Positions 15,220 to 30,279 of a DNA stretch of 64,000 bases are shown here, in pieces. The translations under genes and the position numbers were made by a program. The stretch's first letter is position 1, and every line of letters starts with the position of its first letter. This DNA comes from Piromyces finnis finn (lineage: Eukaryota > Fungi > Neocallimastigomycota). Location: NCBI GenBank assembly GCA_002104945.1, contig MCFH01000054.1:62001-126000 (forward strand), given 5' to 3'. Below the pieces are notes generated by a model, which searched no databases, was not told the origin of the DNA, and saw nothing but the letters and a program-made list of their open reading frames with translations.

Positions 15220-16437
15220 ATGAAAATATTGGTTAATATTGATAAAAATAATAATGATAGTGTTCAAACCAAGAACACTATTGTAAAAGGTCAAAAATCA
15301 TTAAAGCTTGACATTAATAATCCTATTGATCATAAAAGTATAAATTTATTATTTATATATATATGATTTTATATGATTATAACTCTTTTTTTTTTTTAAA
15401 GAAAAATCTATAATATTATTATTTTTGCATCAAGCTATACTTTCATTTAAAAAAATAATAAAAAATTATATTTAGTTTTTAAAAATATGTTTTTAACAAA
15501 AAAAAAAATTACATATTAACTGTATTAATTGTTATCCTTATATATGTATAAATATATTTACTAAAATTTGAATTTTCAAAAGTAAAAATTAGTCAAGACA
15601 AAGAAAAAACCTCGATTATAAGTAATGATCTTAAATTAGTATATTTGGACAAAACAACCAAAGCAGAAAATTATAATAGCAACGATATAGAAGATATATG
15701 TAATTTTAAATACATAATATTTAAAATAATAATAAAAAAAAAACTGATGATCAATATAAGTTTAATTATTATTATTATTATTAATTTTTTTTGTTATAAT
15801 ATATAATATTATATTACTTTATTTGTAATTTGTATAGTAATAAAATATAGAAATAAACACAATAATTTAAATAAAAATGATAGTAATGAATTAGATACTA
15901 TAAATGATTCAAAATATAATAAAAGTAGACATTTTAGATATTCAACTGCTACAGAGAAAAAATACTCAAAACCATCAACCACAAATTCTTATATAGAAAA
16001 AGCACATATCAGAATAAAAAGTACACCTTTAGAATCAACGACTTCAAATTCAATAAAATTAAATATTGCTTATAGAAATGTCGATACTTCTTATCAAATT
16101 GTTAGTCAAAGACCAAAAATATATAATTATAAAAATTTAGAAAAAAATGTATCAGGTAATAGTTCAACAAGTTTTTCAAGTAGTATTTTAACAGCAAATT
16201 CCGAAGATGGAATAAAAATTAAAAATAAAAGTAATATTAATTCTCTTCAAAACTGTAATACAAATAATAATAGTGGTTTTTCGAGAATAGATGAAAACTC
16301 CACTTATTCTAACGAAGACATTAATATATTAAATGAAAATGGTTCAAAAAATATTAATAAAGAACGTGAAAGTAATGGTATTATAAATGATATCGTAAGC
16401 AATCAGGATAATGAAAATGAAAACAAAAATATATATT

Positions 16438-16472
<35 letters not shown>

Positions 16473-19400
16473 TTAGATAAAATAAATAACAATATCAACA
16501 ATAAGAATAGTTCAATCAGTACCTGCATTAATGGTATAAATAATGAAAAGAGAAATATTGAAGTTCCAAGCAATGATAATGCAAATGAAAATTATACAAA
16601 TAATAATATTAAAAGAAGTACCAACAATTTAGATAATTCTTCCAATATTAAAGGCATTATAGGTAATAAAAATACTAAAGATATCAAAAATAACCCTAAT
16701 GAAAATATAGATAAAAATTATACATGCACCCCCAATAAAGTAAAAGAAAATGGATATCACACAAAATGTCCAAATTGTAATATATCATTTGACGTTCTTC
16801 CTCAAACTGAATGTATCATTGAAGAAAAAGAAAAAGAAATCAATAATGTGGATGATAATAATGATAGTGATGACAGTACCTTATCTTCTCATTCGTCATT
16901 AGCTGAAATAATTGATAAAGTAATTGCTTCTAAAAATAGGAAAATGAAAAAAAACAATATATCAAGTGATTCTTTAACATCAATACCAGAAGATCTCCAA
17001 AATAAGATTGATAAAATTTCAAAAAAAAAGCATTTCCTATCTAAAAAAGATAATGAACCAATAATACAAGAAATAAAAAAGAAATTATCTTCTAATAACT
17101 CCGAAATCCAAAAAAGTAATAAAGAAATTTTTTTAAAAAGTAATTCAGTATCTGCCAGCAGAAATTCATTGCTAAAATCAGGTGTTTTAAATGATAAAAA
17201 AAGTTTGGGTTCAAAGAAGAGTTCAACATATTCTAGTGATTGTTCTTCCATAAAAAAGGTACCTTTAGAAAAAGAAAAAAGTCCAACAAAAGCATCACTA
17301 GTTGTATCTTCAAAAAATAATCTTAATTTAACTTTATTAAGTAATGCAATATCTCCTGTACCTAGTTGTAGTAATAAATCCGTAAGTAAAACATCCATTT
17401 TAAAATCTAATACAAGAATTAATGATTCTAATATTCAAGAAGTCAACATTAATCCAACTGTTTCCAATAGTAATAAAAGTAGATCACAGTTATTATCAAA
17501 TACAAATATTAATAACAATAACAGTAGTAGTAATAATAAAAAATATCAAGATTCGGTTAAAAGTCCTGTGAGAATTAACAGTGTAATCTCATATTTATCA
17601 TCAAAACAATCTCCTCAAAAAACGTCTCAATTAATATCTAATTCAACAAGTCAAGATCTTAATAAAAAAAGTTTAACTTCTATTGGTAAAGGTCAAAGTT
17701 CTCCAAAATCATATAGTTTAAAATGTGATGTTATTCCAGTAACTTCCACTGTTCATATTAATAAGTCATTTGATAATTCCCCATCTACAGTTAGCTATAA
17801 TAAAAATGGTGTATCTATTGTTAAGTTAAATGACACTACTTTATCCTCTCCATCTCCTAATAAATATACCTATGCCTCTCAAAATTCTCAATTTCCAGAT
17901 GAAATTATTAAATGTGAAGCAATTCCAGTTACTTCTACTGTTCATATTAATAAATCTATGTATTCATCACCTCAATTCCCAGGTGATAATAATTCTTTAT
18001 CAAATAAAAAAACTGAATTAGAAATTGATCATATTTCTGTTTATCCAGTTCCATTTGGAAGTCAAAGATTGCATAATGTCCCAATTTTACCTATCCGTGA
18101 CAAATATAATTTTGATGATGAAATTATTAATAATTCAACAAAAGGTATTAATACTAATATTGGTGAACAAATTAATAACCCAGTAGATGGAATTGAAGCT
18201 AATATTGATGAACAAATCAATAATTCAATAGATGGAATCGAAGTTAATATTGATGAACCAATTGAAAATGAAAATATCATTGACTATGAACAGGACCTTA
18301 ATGATTTAGCTCATGATTTACCTTCTATTCTTGATTCTGGATCAAGTGATGTTTTCTTACTAAATGAGGCCCAAGAAATTAATGGTAAATAATAAATGAT
18401 AATTATTCACTAATTTATATATAAAAAAATAATATATTTAACATACATAAATATAATTATATATATACTTATTTATTTATGAAAACCATACTATATATTT
18501 AATTTTCTGAAAATAATTTCATGAATTATATAAATTATTAAATTAAATATGAATTAAAGGTTCCAAAACAAATTTAGGAAATATAAAAAGTCTTGAGGAA
18601 AAGGAAAAAAATGAAGAAGGTGGTATTAATTCATTACATAATAGTAGAATTAGTTTAGTTCAGAAAATAGCATCTCCATTAGTGGAAGGTTCAATTCTTG
18701 GTTCTTTAAATCCAATTACTGCCCAACTTTTGAAAGAGGCTAAGCAAAATAAGGTATCTCATGAAGCTGAAGAATCTGCTGAGGCAAAGAATAAAAGTCT
18801 TTTAGGTGAAATTGATCTTCTTGGCTTAGGCTCTTCTATATTAAGTTTAGGTGTTAAAAGTTCATTAGGTCATGGTTCTAATCCAAACGTTGCAAGAAAA
18901 ATGGAAACAGATAGTACAAATAATTTGTATAAAAAAGTATTAAGTAAGTCAATTAATAGTATTGGAAGTGGTTTATTATTTAAAGGGAATAAGAGTGCTA
19001 AAAATAGCTGTTCCAATCTAAGAAATGTAGTTACTCTTAACTATTCATCATCAAATAATGGTGAGGAGGATGGTAATGATATATTTAAGCTACCTTCTAC
19101 AACTATGATTTATAATAAAGTTAGTGAAAATGTTATTCATTTCATTAAAAATCAATGGAAACAAAGTGATGGAATTAGTTCCACTTTCCAATTCCTCAGT
19201 GTTATTAAGGATGGATTGAATATTGATAATAATTGTAATAATTATCTTATAAAGCCTTTAATTGAATATAATTCATTATTTGTATATATTAATCCAGGAT
19301 GGTTAAATATGGATGAAAAGGAACTTGAAGAAATAAAAAAGAATCTTCAAGATAATAAAAAGGAAAGACGATTTTATGTTATGCCATGGAAAATTGAAGA

Positions 19401-19896
19401 TAAAGCAATTAATAATGGATCTTCATATTGGATTTGTATTATTTATGATAAATCTTCTAATAAGTACATTATTTTTGATACTAAAAACAAAGATATTTAC
19501 GTCTATGGTGTATGCCTCATGATTCAATCAAGTATTTTAAAGTATATGTTTGATATAACAACATCATTTTATGATAAATCACTTCAAGAAATTATTGCTA
19601 ATAAAGAGTTAACTACCTTAGAAACAAGTACAAATCATGAAGGATGGAAACAAATTATTATCTGTAATTCAGGATTATGTCATGGTGATTGTGGTATTGA
19701 TAATGTATTAATGTCAAGCTATTTTGTTCAAAACTATGACACTATATTTAAGAATATCATTCAAAATAATTTAGATTATTCTGCTATTAATAAATTACTA
19801 TCATCCATTAAATTTTCAGATTTCAATTCTTATATTGAAAAACTATTTACTATTTCGGCAATTCAGTATTTTAATAGTAATAATATGTTATGTTAA
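15220..19896 (+). CDS. Large N/S/K-rich protein with a C-terminal Ulp1/SENP (peptidase C48)-like domain, probably catalytically inactive
   Basis: Stop-free frame from about 15838 to 18392, GT-AG intron (about 18385-18559), then frame to 19896; short upstream exons from ATG 15220 are tentative. The C-terminus has QWKQSDGI / FVYINPGW / FYVMPW / SSYWICIIYD / IIFDT / DCGI in Ulp1 motif order. Confidence 0.7.
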
Positions 19897-20199
19897 AAAT
19901 TTAGTTAATAAGTTGATAACATTATATTTTATTTTTTTAATTTTTTTTTTAGAGCTAGAATTTTTCTATATTTGCATTTATGTTTTATTTAATAATCAAA
20001 TAAATATAATTTTTTTTAATATAAAATATATAAAAAAATGGATTAAATAAAAATAAATATTAAAAGTAAAATAAATTATTTATTTAGTTTTGTAGTTTAT
20101 AAATAAAACTTTATAATTATTATTAATCTAGTAATTTTAAAAAGTGTGTACTAATATTTTGTAATTTTAATAGAGATATTGATTAGAATTAATGTTTTT

Positions 20200-21700
<1,501 letters not shown>

Positions 21701-21756
21701 TATATTTTTTTATTTTTTAATTTTTATTCTAATATAATGTGATTTTGTAATTTTAT

Positions 21757-21900
<144 letters not shown>

Positions 21901-22369
21901 TATATACAAGAAGAAGTATATTCTCTTATATTATCTATCAATTCAAATATTCAAATATTATAATATTTTTATTTCCATTAATTAATACATATTTTAATAT
22001 AAATTTAATTATATTAAAACCTAAAAAAAAACAGTATAATAATTTGGATTTAAAAATACTTTTTTGATTTTGAATTATTGAGGAAGGTGACTTTACTAGA
22101 TTATCTAGAAAAATATTTATTTTTAATAATTCGTTAAATAATTTATTTTTTTAATTATCTAATTAATTATAAAAGTATATTATTTATATATTATTTATAT
22201 AATATTAGTAAAATATAAAAAAATTTAAATAATTTTGAATTTTTTTAAAATTATTTTATTTCATAAAATGAAAAAAAAAAAAAAAGATTTTTTTTATATA
22301 AAATTAACATTTTAAATATTCAGAATGATGGTTGATTAAAAACATTACCTTATATTGACTCAAATAATA

Positions 22370-23560
22370 TTAATAATTCACATTATATAATTTAGTGTAG
22401 AAAATAAATAAAAATAATATTTGTATATTAGTTATCAATTGTTGTATTTCCTCAGAAATGTTTTTTATTCTTTCTTCAATTTTTGAGAGATATTGAGGAT
22501 CCTGAATATTAATATATTTTAATTGCATAAGCGAATTAATTAAATTTAAAATATTATATAATAAAATTTGTTCATAACAATATTGTATAAATGAACTATC
22601 AATGTTTTGAATATAAGTATTGAATAAATTATTGTTTTGAATTAAATCATTTAAATTATTATTATTATTTGAAGATGACGGCAATGCTGTATTATTTGGG
22701 AATACATTATTATTTATGTTTTGTGGATAATTAGATTGATAAGTTTCAGTTTGTGGGAGTGGTGATTGTTGATTTGAATTTACATTATTTAGAGTTGGAA
22801 ATAATGTTGAATAGTTATATAATTCTATTTTATATTTTATTTCATCCTTAAATGTATATTTAGTTTGGCTCTCATCATAATCAATAAAGGAATCTAAATA
22901 GTAAATAAGCTCATTACTTTCTTTTTTTTTATATAGTTCAAGAAATTTATATATTTTTGAAGGTTTATCTTTTGTTCCTCTAATTCCTCTTTTAGTACTA
23001 ATTGTTGAAAAAGGATATCCAATATATATTTCAAGATACTTAACCATAATAATATGATAGATATAAAAACACTCACTTTGAAATTGATTATTAGAAGATA
23101 TTGTTGTCTTTATTTTATTATTTTCAGATAAGTTTAATTCACTTATATCAATAGAATTGCGAAAATCTTCATCAGATAAATCTTTTATTTTTTGAGCAAT
23201 TTTATTTAAGGTTTCATCTTTTTTTGTTGCAAATTTACATTTTAATAAGTAAAATTTATTTTCGGATTGTCTTTCATTGATTTCTATATTTAATTCAACC
23301 TCCCTCTCTTTATTAGATGTTTTAAAAGCTATATATTTCAAAAATTTATTTTCGTTTGGAATATTTTCTTTGTTTTTACACTCGTTTCTCATTGTTAATA
23401 AGTTATCTTTAATATCATTTTGTGATTTATGATTATTAAATAATTTTTTATTTATATAACAATTTACAAAGCAATCGTTGTTGATACTTTCAATCATATT
23501 AATGTTATTATAAAATAGTTTTACTATGCTTTTAATAATAACATCATTTATAATACTCAT
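22370..23560 (-). CDS. Intronless orphan protein, paralogue of 25575-27188
   Basis: 396-aa ORF; its N-terminal ~250 aa align by eye with the neighbour (LFY, NENKFLKY, YLLKC.F.T..DETL, IAQK, IYHI, KRGIRGT, YYLDS). Confidence 0.8.
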   Translation of the reverse strand: MSIINDVIIKSIVKLFYNNINMIESINNDCFVNCYINKKLFNNHKSQNDIKDNLLTMRNECKNKENIPNENKFLKYIAFKTSNKEREVELNIEINERQSENKFYLLKCKFATKKDETLNKIAQKIKDLSDEDFRNSIDISELNLSENNKIKTTISSNNQFQSECFYIYHIIMVKYLEIYIGYPFSTISTKRGIRGTKDKPSKIYKFLELYKKKESNELIYYLDSFIDYDESQTKYTFKDEIKYKIELYNYSTLFPTLNNVNSNQQSPLPQTETYQSNYPQNINNNVFPNNTALPSSSNNNNNLNDLIQNNNLFNTYIQNIDSSFIQYCYEQILLYNILNLINSLMQLKYINIQDPQYLSKIEERIKNISEEIQQLITNIQILFLFIFYTKLYNVNY

Positions 23561-23924
23561 GTTATTAATAAAATAAATAATAAAATATTTAAATAAATTA
23601 TTAATAAAAATATTAAAAATTAATGATATTTAAGAAACTATAAAATAAAAGTATATAATTATATAGTTATAATAAGATAAAAATGAAAGAAGAATAAAAT
23701 ATATATATATATTTACAAAGAAGTTGATGGATAGTACATTTGTCCATATTGAAATTGCTTATTAAAGTTAATTAGAGTAAATATTAAATTAATGTTACAT
23801 AATGTTTACATAATTAAAGCAAAATTTATTACAATAAATGAAATATATATATAAAAGATAAATAATTTGTTATAAATAAATATTTATCCACATAAATTAT
23901 CTAATGAAGTTATAAATAAAACTT

Positions 23925-24096
23925 TAAATAATATATATTTTTAAAAATGAACGTAAAAAAGTCATTTTATTTATATTTATATTTTATTCAACATAACTAT
24001 TTGAGGTATAAATAATATATATTTTTAAAAATGGACGTAAAAAAGTCATTTTATTTATATTTATATTTTATTCAACATAACTATTTGAGGTATAAA
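23925..24096. repeat. 84-bp tandem duplication (2 copies, 1 mismatch)
   Basis: Units start at 23925 and 24009 and differ only at TGAACG/TGGACG. Confidence 0.9.
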
Positions 24097-25574
24097 GATT
24101 TTTAAATATCAATTTGAATTTAAAAAACAATAATTTATATTATGGGATACTTTAATGCATTCATTCAACTAAACAGATTAAAAGTAATAATAATATTTAT
24201 TATTGGAGGTGAATATAATAAATGCTAATAACATAACAAGGTTTTTTTTTGAATTTTTGTTTATAATATAATTTTAAAAACTAAATAATTTATTTGAGAT
24301 ATTTTTAGTATTTAATATCTTTATTTAAATGATATTTAGTAATTTGGTCATTCTTTTACCTGTAGAACTAAATACATTTATTACTTTTTGTTTTTTTTAT
24401 TAAAATTTTATTATTTTTAAAATATTTACTATATTTTCTAAATTTGTTTTATTATCATTTTACAATTTGAAATTCATAATAATATTTATAAAAAGTTCAC
24501 CATTGATAATTTATTTAATTTCGAAATTTTAAACACTATATAAAATTTTTCATAACATTTATATGTAAAAGGTTATTAGATTTTTATCAAAAATTAAATA
24601 TCTATTTTAATATTTTTTATCTTTTGTTTTTTATTATTTTTTTATTATTATTTTATTAACTATTAGAAGTAATATATAAACAAATATTAATGATTAATAA
24701 ATATATGTTTAGATATAAAAAATACATCAAAATGTAAAGTTCATTTTATTCATGATTATATTTGGAGAACATCATTTTTAAAAAGATAAAATTTAATATG
24801 TTTTCTGATTATATTAAACTAATAAACTAATAAAGATTACTAATAAATTAATATTTTAATATTAATATGAAAAAATACTAAAAATATTATAGTAATATTC
24901 TGTTAGAAATATATCAATAAATAAAAGTTTTATTTAAGTATAATTATTTATAAAGAAAAATAAAATTCTAGATATAAATATTTTTTTTTCAAATATTATT
25001 TTATTTAAATTATTTTATATTGGATACATTATAAAAGATGAATTTAATTAAAATTATTAGTACTATTATAAAGAAAAAGTGGTGTTTTTTTTTTTTTTTT
25101 TGTATTATTTATTATTTTTTAATAATATTATTAAGATTATTATAAAAAAAAAGTTAAACATATTTATTAATAATAAAGTATTGTTTTTAATTTAATTGAA
25201 TTAAAATTGGTTACTTTGCTTTTAATGAAGGTAAAAAAGTAAAACTTTAATTTTAAATTTGAATACATTATAAATTATGATTTATAAATAATTTAATAAT
25301 CCAAATGTCATCACATAACATATTATTTTGTATAGATGTTACTGTAATTTATGTAATTTATACTTTACCAACTTTTTTTTTTTTTAATTTTAATTTTAAA
25401 AAATCGGATTATTAGATTATAATATAAAATATAAATTTAAATTTATAATGTATTCAAAATTATAAGAAAAATTAATACTTTTTTGATTTATATTTTTAGT
25501 ATTTATAATTTTATTTTACTATCCTTATAAATATTAATTTTGAATTATTCTTAAAAATATGAATTTCATAAATT

Positions 25575-27188
25575 TCATAGTGTATTGTTATGAGCATTTA
25601 ATGTTGCTATATAATTAAAAAGAACATTATCGATATTATTATTCAGATTATTCAGTTGTTGTTTAATATTTAACAGATATGAAATATCTGAATAATCATT
25701 TTGAATAAGTTGATAATTATTTTGGTAATTTTGTGAAAGCATTGGATTAATTGAATAATTATTTACATTATCTGGTATATATGGTGATAAAAATTGTGCA
25801 AAGTTATTATCTTGTGATAAAAAGCTAGAATCATTTAATGGTAATGATGATAATGGTAGTGAAAGATTATTTTGAAATAAATTACAATCTTGTGATAATG
25901 TGATAGAGTCATTTAGAGATAGTGGTAATTGTGAAAAATTATTTTGAGATAATGATAAAAAAGCCTCATTTAAATATGAGTTAATAGTTGATGATTGTAA
26001 TGTATTTGAATAAAAATTATTATTTTGAGTTGGTGGATGTACATTATTTTGGAGATAGTTATTTAAGGATGGTTGTGTTGAATTATTTGGATATAGATGA
26101 ATATTTTGTTGTGATAAATAATTGTTTTTGGTTTGATCATTAAAATAATAATTATTATTTGGAGATGAAGGAGGTGTTAAATTATTTAAATGTACATCGA
26201 TAGTTTGTGTTAATATTGGACTATTCAAAGAATTATCATTATTTAGTGATTGTAATGAGAGTGAGTCATTTTGGTTAACATCACCTTTTGGTGATGATGG
26301 AGGTGTTATAAAAGTCGAAAAAGAGTTTTCATTTGAATTATTTGAATCAAGATAATCATAATTTGGTGAGGATGGTGAATTTAAATTATTAGTATGAAAA
26401 TTGTAGAATTTGATATTAAACTTTACTTCATTTTTGAATACATATTTCTTTTGACTATTATTATTTTGACTATTAACGTATTCAAAATAAGAATCCAAAT
26501 AGTAGAGAATTTCATTATTTTCTCCTTTGATATATGACTCAAACATTTTTTCAATTCTTGAATGGTCATTGGTTGTTCCTCTGATTCCTCTTTTATCACT
26601 TATATTTGTAAAAGGATGACTAATATTTATATTCATAATTGATTCCTTTTGGTCAATAGTTACGATATGATAGATAAAATAGCAATTACTTTTTGAGGGA
26701 ATCCTTACTTTTACTTTATTTTCTTTAAATGAATCTAATTTAGTAATTTTAATAAAATTAATAAAATTTTCATAAAGCCTCTCTACTTTTTGAGCAATTT
26801 CATATAATGTTTCATCATTTCTTGTTGAAAAGTTACATTTTAATAAATACATATCTTTTCTTGATTGCTTAGGTTGGTTTAATGCTTCTTCAACAGTAAG
26901 CTCAACTTCAAAATTGTCTTCATCAATTTTTTCAGATTTTTTGAAAGGAATGTATTTCAAGAATCTATTTTCGTTAAGAATATTCTTTGGATCGGTGCAG
27001 TCTATTCTCATTTTCATCAATTTATTTTTGTTTTCCGATTGAAGTTTATGGTTCCTGAACAAGTTCACATCTATGAAGCAATTTACAGAGTAGTCAATTT
27101 CGGCTTCATTTAATGAATTTAATGAATAAATGTGTTTGTAAAATAACCTTAATTCATTTACAATAAGAGCAGTACTTGTAGAGTTCAT
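25575..27188 (-). CDS. Intronless orphan protein, paralogue of 22370-23560
   Basis: 537-aa ORF: shared N-terminal domain, S/P/N/Q-rich middle, short amphipathic C-terminal helix. Confidence 0.85.
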   Translation of the reverse strand: MNSTSTALIVNELRLFYKHIYSLNSLNEAEIDYSVNCFIDVNLFRNHKLQSENKNKLMKMRIDCTDPKNILNENRFLKYIPFKKSEKIDEDNFEVELTVEEALNQPKQSRKDMYLLKCNFSTRNDETLYEIAQKVERLYENFINFIKITKLDSFKENKVKVRIPSKSNCYFIYHIVTIDQKESIMNINISHPFTNISDKRGIRGTTNDHSRIEKMFESYIKGENNEILYYLDSYFEYVNSQNNNSQKKYVFKNEVKFNIKFYNFHTNNLNSPSSPNYDYLDSNNSNENSFSTFITPPSSPKGDVNQNDSLSLQSLNNDNSLNSPILTQTIDVHLNNLTPPSSPNNNYYFNDQTKNNYLSQQNIHLYPNNSTQPSLNNYLQNNVHPPTQNNNFYSNTLQSSTINSYLNEAFLSLSQNNFSQLPLSLNDSITLSQDCNLFQNNLSLPLSSLPLNDSSFLSQDNNFAQFLSPYIPDNVNNYSINPMLSQNYQNNYQLIQNDYSDISYLLNIKQQLNNLNNNIDNVLFNYIATLNAHNNTL

Positions 27189-27747
27189 TTTTTGGTGTTA
27201 ATAAAAGAATAAAATACTTCTTAAGGAGGATTTTAAATATTATTTGACAATTTAAATAGTTTTAATATTTTAAATTGTTTATTAATTATTAAAAAAGAAT
27301 ATAATTTAAAATAAAATAGTTGTTAATGATGAAGTAAAAAAAAAAAAAAAAGAAAAGAAATTATTCGTTTTATATATGGATTATTCATATTTACTTTATT
27401 TATTTTGATATTTTTAAATTTAAATTTCATTTAATATATTAAAATTTGTTAATGATGATATTTAATTAAAATAAATATATTTTTATTTTTTTTATATATT
27501 AACATGCATAAAAACAAATAAATTAAGTAAATTAAGTAAACTTTTAATATTAAAAGAAAATTTTAATTGATAGTAAAAATAATGTGAAAATTAACGGACG
27601 GATAATTTTTGTAATTAATAAAATATTAATTTAAAAAATAAAGAAAATTAGATTTAAATGAAGAAAAAAAAAAATGACGGACGTATTTCTTTAATAATAA
27701 ATAAACTTAATATGTTTTATTTTAAATTTTTAATTTTAATTTATAAC

Positions 27748-27783
<36 letters not shown>

Positions 27784-28480
27784 AAATGAATAGATGAATA
27801 AATGAATGAATAAATAAATGAATAAATGGAATGGATAAATGAATGAATAAATGGAATGAATAGATTGAATATTCAAAACAATCTTTAGTGATAAAAAATT
27901 TCCTTCCAACTATAATTAGAAACTTTGTAATGCAATAAATAATAAAGTAAAATAAAATATGAAATTTATATTAATATCATTATTCCATAATTATTCTATT
28001 CAATTGTTTATTTGTATTTGTTCGTAATACTATTATTTTATTGTAGTATTAAAATCGAATAAAATAATTTATATAAAATTATTAATATATTATAAAAATC
28101 TTATAAACAATTTTTACGAATATAAGACTAATAGTTTAAATGATAAAAATATATTTATATATTTATATATTTATATATACTAATACTATTAGCTAATTTT
28201 TTTATTTTAATTTTTATTTTAATTATTTGTATAACTATTTCTAATATAAAGTTATTGAAGAAAAAAAAATTATTATTCTTTTTATGAATTTGAATTTGAA
28301 CATACATAGTGATTATATTTTATTAAAATACATATTTTATAATAATCATTATAAAGATTTTATTATAATATTGATTTTAAAAGAAATATTTAGTACATAT
28401 TTTTAAAAGAAGGGAAAAAAAAGTTTTTTATACTTTTAAAAAAATATCCATTATTTTAATTTTCTGGTCATTTTATTATT

Positions 28481-28486
<6 letters not shown>

Positions 28487-28555
<69 letters not shown>
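28487..28555. repeat. (AAT)n microsatellite
   Basis: Direct reading. Confidence 0.95.
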
Positions 28556-28556
<1 letters not shown>

Positions 28557-30279
28557 TATTATTTGTTTTATTATATTGTTATTAATTTACTATTTATTCA
28601 TCTATACCAGTTCTAAATATTAAAGTCCATTTTATTAAAGTTTTTTTATTTTATTATTATTATTTTAAATTTTAAATATATTATATAAATTCTTATAGAT
28701 TAAAATGGCATTAATATATTTAATATTTTTCTTGAAATTTAAAATATAATCCCTTTATTAATAAAAAATGGTCAAGTAATACAATACAATAAATTATATA
28801 CTAGAAAGTTATTAAAGTTATTTAATATTTATTACAATAGTTTTCTATTTTTAATATTAAAATTTTAAAATCTTAAATTTTATATACTTTTATCTATTCA
28901 ATTTATTTTTTTTAATTATCAATACTATACTAAAAATAATAAAAGAAAGAAATAAAATTATTTACTCGTTTTATTATTAAACATTTATTTTTAATTAAAA
29001 CTTTAAAACTTTATATATAAATATATAAGCGTAATCAGCATTACACATTACGGACACCAAACAATTAAAAACCTTAAAATCTTTATTTTAGAAAAGTGGA
29101 CAAAGTACCTTCCTTTTCATTAAAAGTTTTTTTTAGATTCGTCAATCACTTCACAATTTATGTTTTTACAATTTAAATATTATTAATGGCAAATATTAGT
29201 AATACTAAGAAAGATAGATTTTTGATTATAATTATGCACTTAGATTAACATATTAAAATATTTAATGAGATATAAAAATTAAAATGAAAATTAATTAATA
29301 TATATATATATATTTATTTTTTTTATATTTTAAAATAGTATTTTTATTCTATTAATTATATGTAAATAACTCACAAAGATATTAATATACTTTAATTAAA
29401 TAATCGAATTTGAAAAATAACTTTTCTAGCTAACCCTCCTTTATTTATCAGAATATCAAAATTTTCTGGAATAATGGTCTGGCAAAAATCGAGCTTAATA
29501 ATAGAGTGACGAGAGTTCTATATAAATCATTAAATATTTTGGCTTTTAATGATAAAGAATAAACAAATTATTATTATATTAATTTCTACGATGTTTTTAA
29601 AAAAAAGTTAAAATAATATGAAAAGTATTATTAATTTTTTTATGTTATATATATTATTTTATTAATGTATATAAAAAAAATGTAAATATATAAATAATAA
29701 TATTTGCTATTAAAACAAAATTAAACTAAATTGAAATAAAAGCAATATTTTTATAAATTTATCATTTGAATGAATTCTAAACTAAACATAAAATAAATAC
29801 TCTTTATAATTTATAATATTATTCTAGTCTTATTTTGAATATTTTAATCAATTTTAAAGAAATTTTGATATTCTATTTTAACTTAATACTCTTTCAAAGT
29901 AATAAATTAAAAAACTATTACTTTTTTTTAGTTTAAAAAATTAGTATTTATAATTTTAATTTATTTTCTTTTATAAATATAAATTTTACTATTTTATTAT
30001 ATATATATATATATATTTTAAAAAATCATTTAGTGAAAGCTTAAAAAGTTGAGTATTTAATTAATAATCAAAATTCTGTGCTGATTATTTCATTTTTAAT
30101 GATAGAAGCTTACAAAATGGTTGATTCGATACTTTTTAAAACATAAAACTTTTGACTCAACTTCACAGATGCTGAGGTCTACAGATTTTTATTATTGAAT
30201 CTTATTATGCTTGAATCATGATATTCAAATAAATTTATTGATATATTGATATACAATATTATTTTTTGATAGTGTTATT

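Noticed and set aside
16889-18280. Antisense or shifted ORFs overlapping real exons (also 22894, 34566, 43772, 43934, 43980, 45136, 47573, 49202, 50381)
   Set aside because: Shadow frames of genuine coding exons, with no independent motifs.
23925-24096. 84-bp repeat as a CRISPR-like array
   Set aside because: Only two adjacent units, no spacers, eukaryotic context.
29020-29160. Possible box C/D snoRNA on the minus strand
   Set aside because: Box C is non-canonical, there is no terminal stem, and I recognise no rRNA-complementary guide.
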